In this document: one piece after another, positions 61,004 to 64,000 of the stretch
How positions within the stretch are numbered: position 1 is the stretch's first letter
How the letters are laid out: each line of letters opens with the position of its first letter
From: Octopus vulgaris
Lineage: Eukaryota
Direction: 5' to 3'
DNA: 64,000 nucleotides
NCBI GenBank assembly: GCA_951406725.2
Contig: OX597821.1
Location: forward strand, 39,680,001-39,744,000
Translations under genes and position numbers: made by a program
Notes under the pieces: model-generated
Databases searched by the model: none
Told to the model about the DNA's origin: nothing
The model's input: only the letters and a program-made list of their open reading frames with translations

Positions 61004-62159
61004 TAATTCATTGGGAGTCATAATATAACAAGATATGGCATGATGCACATCAAAAATCAATTTCACTTCCTAGATGATGATGATGATGAGATTTTAATTA
61101 TATAAAAGACCTGTTGTAGGCTATTGTAGATTTTTGGAGGCACTGCTTGGAAATGGAAGCTGCTAAATAAGAACCAAGTGAGTTGAATTATCAGGTTGCT
61201 GACCTACTGTGTAAAAACAGCAATGGAATCTATTTTTCATTATTTATTTAATTAAGCCTTTTATTCGCTGTCCGTCATCAGTCATTAACAACCTTTCTCC
61301 ACAGTTCCCAACTCCAGACTGTCTTTTCCTTATCTAAGTCTTCTTGGTTTTGAATTATCATTGATGTCTCTCAGTAACCTTGTCTTTTTTCTAGGTAAGG
61401 GTTTGGCCCTACACAAACATACACAAACACATACACAAACACGCATGCGCATGGGGCTTCTGCACAATTTCCATCCGTTAAACTCTATTCACAAAATTTT
61501 AGTCAATAGCAACAGGTTACTGTGAAAGACATTCACTCAAGTTACTGTTCACTGGAAACTAAGCTGAATCCTATGTTTATCGAACAAGTTGTTAACCACA
61601 CAGCAGCAGCAGCAACTAATGCCTTCCCTTATGTGTTACAGTGTCAAATCCATTACTCTACCTTCATTTAATCTTGGAGTGCTATTATTAAATTTGATAA
61701 TAAATACTTATTGATTTTATCAAGAACTGTTATAGCATTAATTTAGAAACTTGTATTCACTAAATATTTATTCTAAAAGCACTGAAAAATTAGCATCACA
61801 ATTATAAATACTTGCTGTTCATTCACCTTTGATTTTCTTTCATTCAAAATGTCTTTCAATTTGTAAGCATGCGATATGATCTGTATTATTCTTACACTAT
61901 TTTATCTGTGATATCCTATACACAATGCTAGTCTTGTGAATGTGTTGGAGAGGTCTGTCTGGGTGTATGTAAATGTGTACAAGGATAGGTGAATGGTGAA
62001 CAACTTTACAGCAGTTTGGTTCTCAGTTTGGACCTTAAACAGCTCAACACCTTAAGCAAGTATTTAACCATGAGTTCATTGAAATTTTGGGATTAGAATT
62101 TGGTAGACAGTGTGGGGGCTTATCAGACATATATAAGTGCGTGTCTTCACTATGAAGAC

Positions 62160-62460
62160 ACAGAGCTTAGTAGGTAGAGGTATTTGGCTCACAATTGTAA
62201 GATTGTGAGTTCAATTCCTGGCAGTGTCCTTGGGCAAGATACTTTACTTTATGTTGCTCCAGTCCATTCAGTTGGCAAAATTGAGTTGTACCTGTAATTC
62301 AAAAGGGTCCAGCCTTGTCACATCCTGTGTCATGCTGAATCTTCTTGAGAACTATGTTGACGGTCTGTGGGGCACTCAGTCACATGCATGTTAATTTCAT
62401 GATCAGGCTGTTCTGTTGATTAGAATACTCATTGCCATAACTGATGGAGTGTCAGTTTAT
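62160..62460 (+). mobile_element. SINE with family-D-like head
   Basis: gcttagtagg (A-box-like), gagttcaattcc (B box), ccttgggcaagatactttactttatgttgctccagtcca. Confidence 0.7.
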
Positions 62461-62847
62461 CCTGTTGCTCACCTTTTGTGCTGAACCAGTTATTTACAAG
62501 GATGCAAACAAACCTACACTGGTTATGAAGCAGTTGCGGTGGTGGTGGTGGTGGTGGGGCAAGAATCACATCCACATACATACAATGAGCCTCCACACAG
62601 CAAAATCTGTGCCTATCTTTCATCTCTGACTTGTTTCAATTGATCTCCTTTGCACCAAACCACATAGTTATGCAATCCCAAACACACCAAGACTAGTTAT
62701 CAAGCAGTGGAGGACACACACACACACATATACATATATAATTACATACACACACACACATATATATACTGGTAAAAACGGTAAGATAACAAAAGAAAGA
62801 AAGAGACCTCAATATTATGTAAATAGAGGAATTTATCTGTAAAAGTA

Positions 62848-62902
62848 ATATGTGACAGTTACTCGGTAGTTTTATCTTGGCTACCGAGTAATTGTCACAT
62901 AT
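62848..62902. repeat. 22-bp hairpin with an 11-nt loop
   Basis: atatgtgacagttactcggtag / ctaccgagtaattgtcacatat (one G-U pair). Confidence 0.9.
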
Positions 62903-62913
62903 CATTTATATAT

Positions 62914-62952
<39 letters not shown>

Positions 62953-62956
<4 letters not shown>

Positions 62957-63176
62957 TGTGTGTGTTTGTGTGTCTGTGTTTGTCCCCTAGCATTGCTTGA
63001 TAACCGATGCTGGTGTGTTTATGTTCCTGTTACTTAGCGGTTTGGCAAAAGAGACGGATAGAATAAGTACTGGGCTTACAAAAGAATAAATCCCGGGGTC
63101 AAGTTGCTCGATTAAAGGCGGTGCTCCAGCATGGCCGCAGTCAAATGACTGAAACAAGTAAAAGAGTAAAAAAGAG

Positions 63177-63177
<1 letters not shown>
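62953..63177 (+). mobile_element. SINE family B, 3' half
   Basis: gtgtttgtccc...aaccgatgctggtgtgttt...ggcggtgctccagcatggccgcagtcaaatgactgaaacaagtaaaagag. Confidence 0.9.
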
Positions 63178-63209
<32 letters not shown>

Positions 63210-63344
63210 GTTAGAAGAAATGAGGTGCTCAGAAATCCGGATGGTTTTATATTTACAGATATTTATTAGTATGTTACATGTTTTTATACATCATATATCA
63301 TATATTAGCACTTTCGTCCATTCTAGAGGAGACACACACACACT

Positions 63345-63425
63345 GAGCCTACAGTAGAAGACACTTGACCAAGGTGCCATGCAGTGGGACTGAACCCAGA
63401 AGCAAATTTCTTACCACACTTGCAC
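63345..63425 (-). mobile_element. SINE family B head fragment
   Basis: gtagaagacacttgaccaaggtgccatgcagtgggactgaaccc...cttaccacac. Confidence 0.8.
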
Positions 63426-64000
63426 CTATGTTTTCTTATAATGTTTAATATTAAAGAAAAAATAAAACCTCAAACATCTGAACTGTATTAGAAGGAATAA
63501 AACTGTAGGTTTTGAATGAAATGAATCTATCTTGAAATTGAAGAGTTAAATCAGGTAATTGAAGCAAAGATGAGAAAATATATATGAGAAACAATAAAAT
63601 TAGTGTTTAAAAATGAAATTAATGCTGCAAAAACTTTTCTGATTTAATTAAATTTTGGGTAATGAGGGCTGTTTGGTGTAGTGCAAAAATTATTAATTGG
63701 ATCAAAATAGAAATAATATATTAGCTTGGCTGGCAAGAAAAATGACAACAAAATATGTGTGTGTTTATCTGAGAAATAAGTGCCGTAGTTTCTTATGGCA
63801 AAAATTTGATGGAAAAATTATGAAGATTGAGCTGTTGTATGTAGAAAACAAAATGAGAATTTAGTTTTATAAGCTAAAAATAATTGGAGTATTATTTCTG
63901 TGGTTATGAAGAATCAACTGATAGATTCTATAAAAAATAATATTGAAAATATTTGATGCAAACGAAATATGTTGCTTTATGGAAAGATGGAAAGACAAAC

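Overview
AT-rich, repeat-saturated animal genomic DNA, intronic or intergenic in character. The SINE, LINE and microsatellite make-up is what I associate with octopus/coleoid cephalopods; this is inference and was not verified. I cannot support any host protein-coding gene: almost all listed ORFs are microsatellite read-throughs, antisense frames of repeats or decayed transposon pieces. Recognisable content: (i) several tRNA-derived SINE families (my working labels A, B, D) and an unclassified repeat E; (ii) many 3' ends of RTE-clade LINEs sharing one terminal tail (label C), some with tandem hairpin arrays in the 3' UTR; (iii) R4/Dong-type restriction-like-endonuclease LINE fragments stacked in (TAA)n; (iv) a CR1 3' end inside (CA)n; (v) a Penelope-like GIY-YIG endonuclease remnant, plus three near-complete and one truncated minimal hammerhead-ribozyme motifs in short modules beside (TA)n; (vi) mariner, Tc1/maT, pogo-, hAT-, piggyBac- and Helitron-type DNA elements; (vii) several long fold-back palindromes. 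The most interesting items are the hammerhead modules, each with a different palindromic stem III, a 118-bp locally templated duplication at an RTE 5' junction, the hairpin arrays in RTE 3' UTRs, and the dense dsRNA-forming structures. Everything was read by eye, so boundaries of degenerate repeats are approximate.
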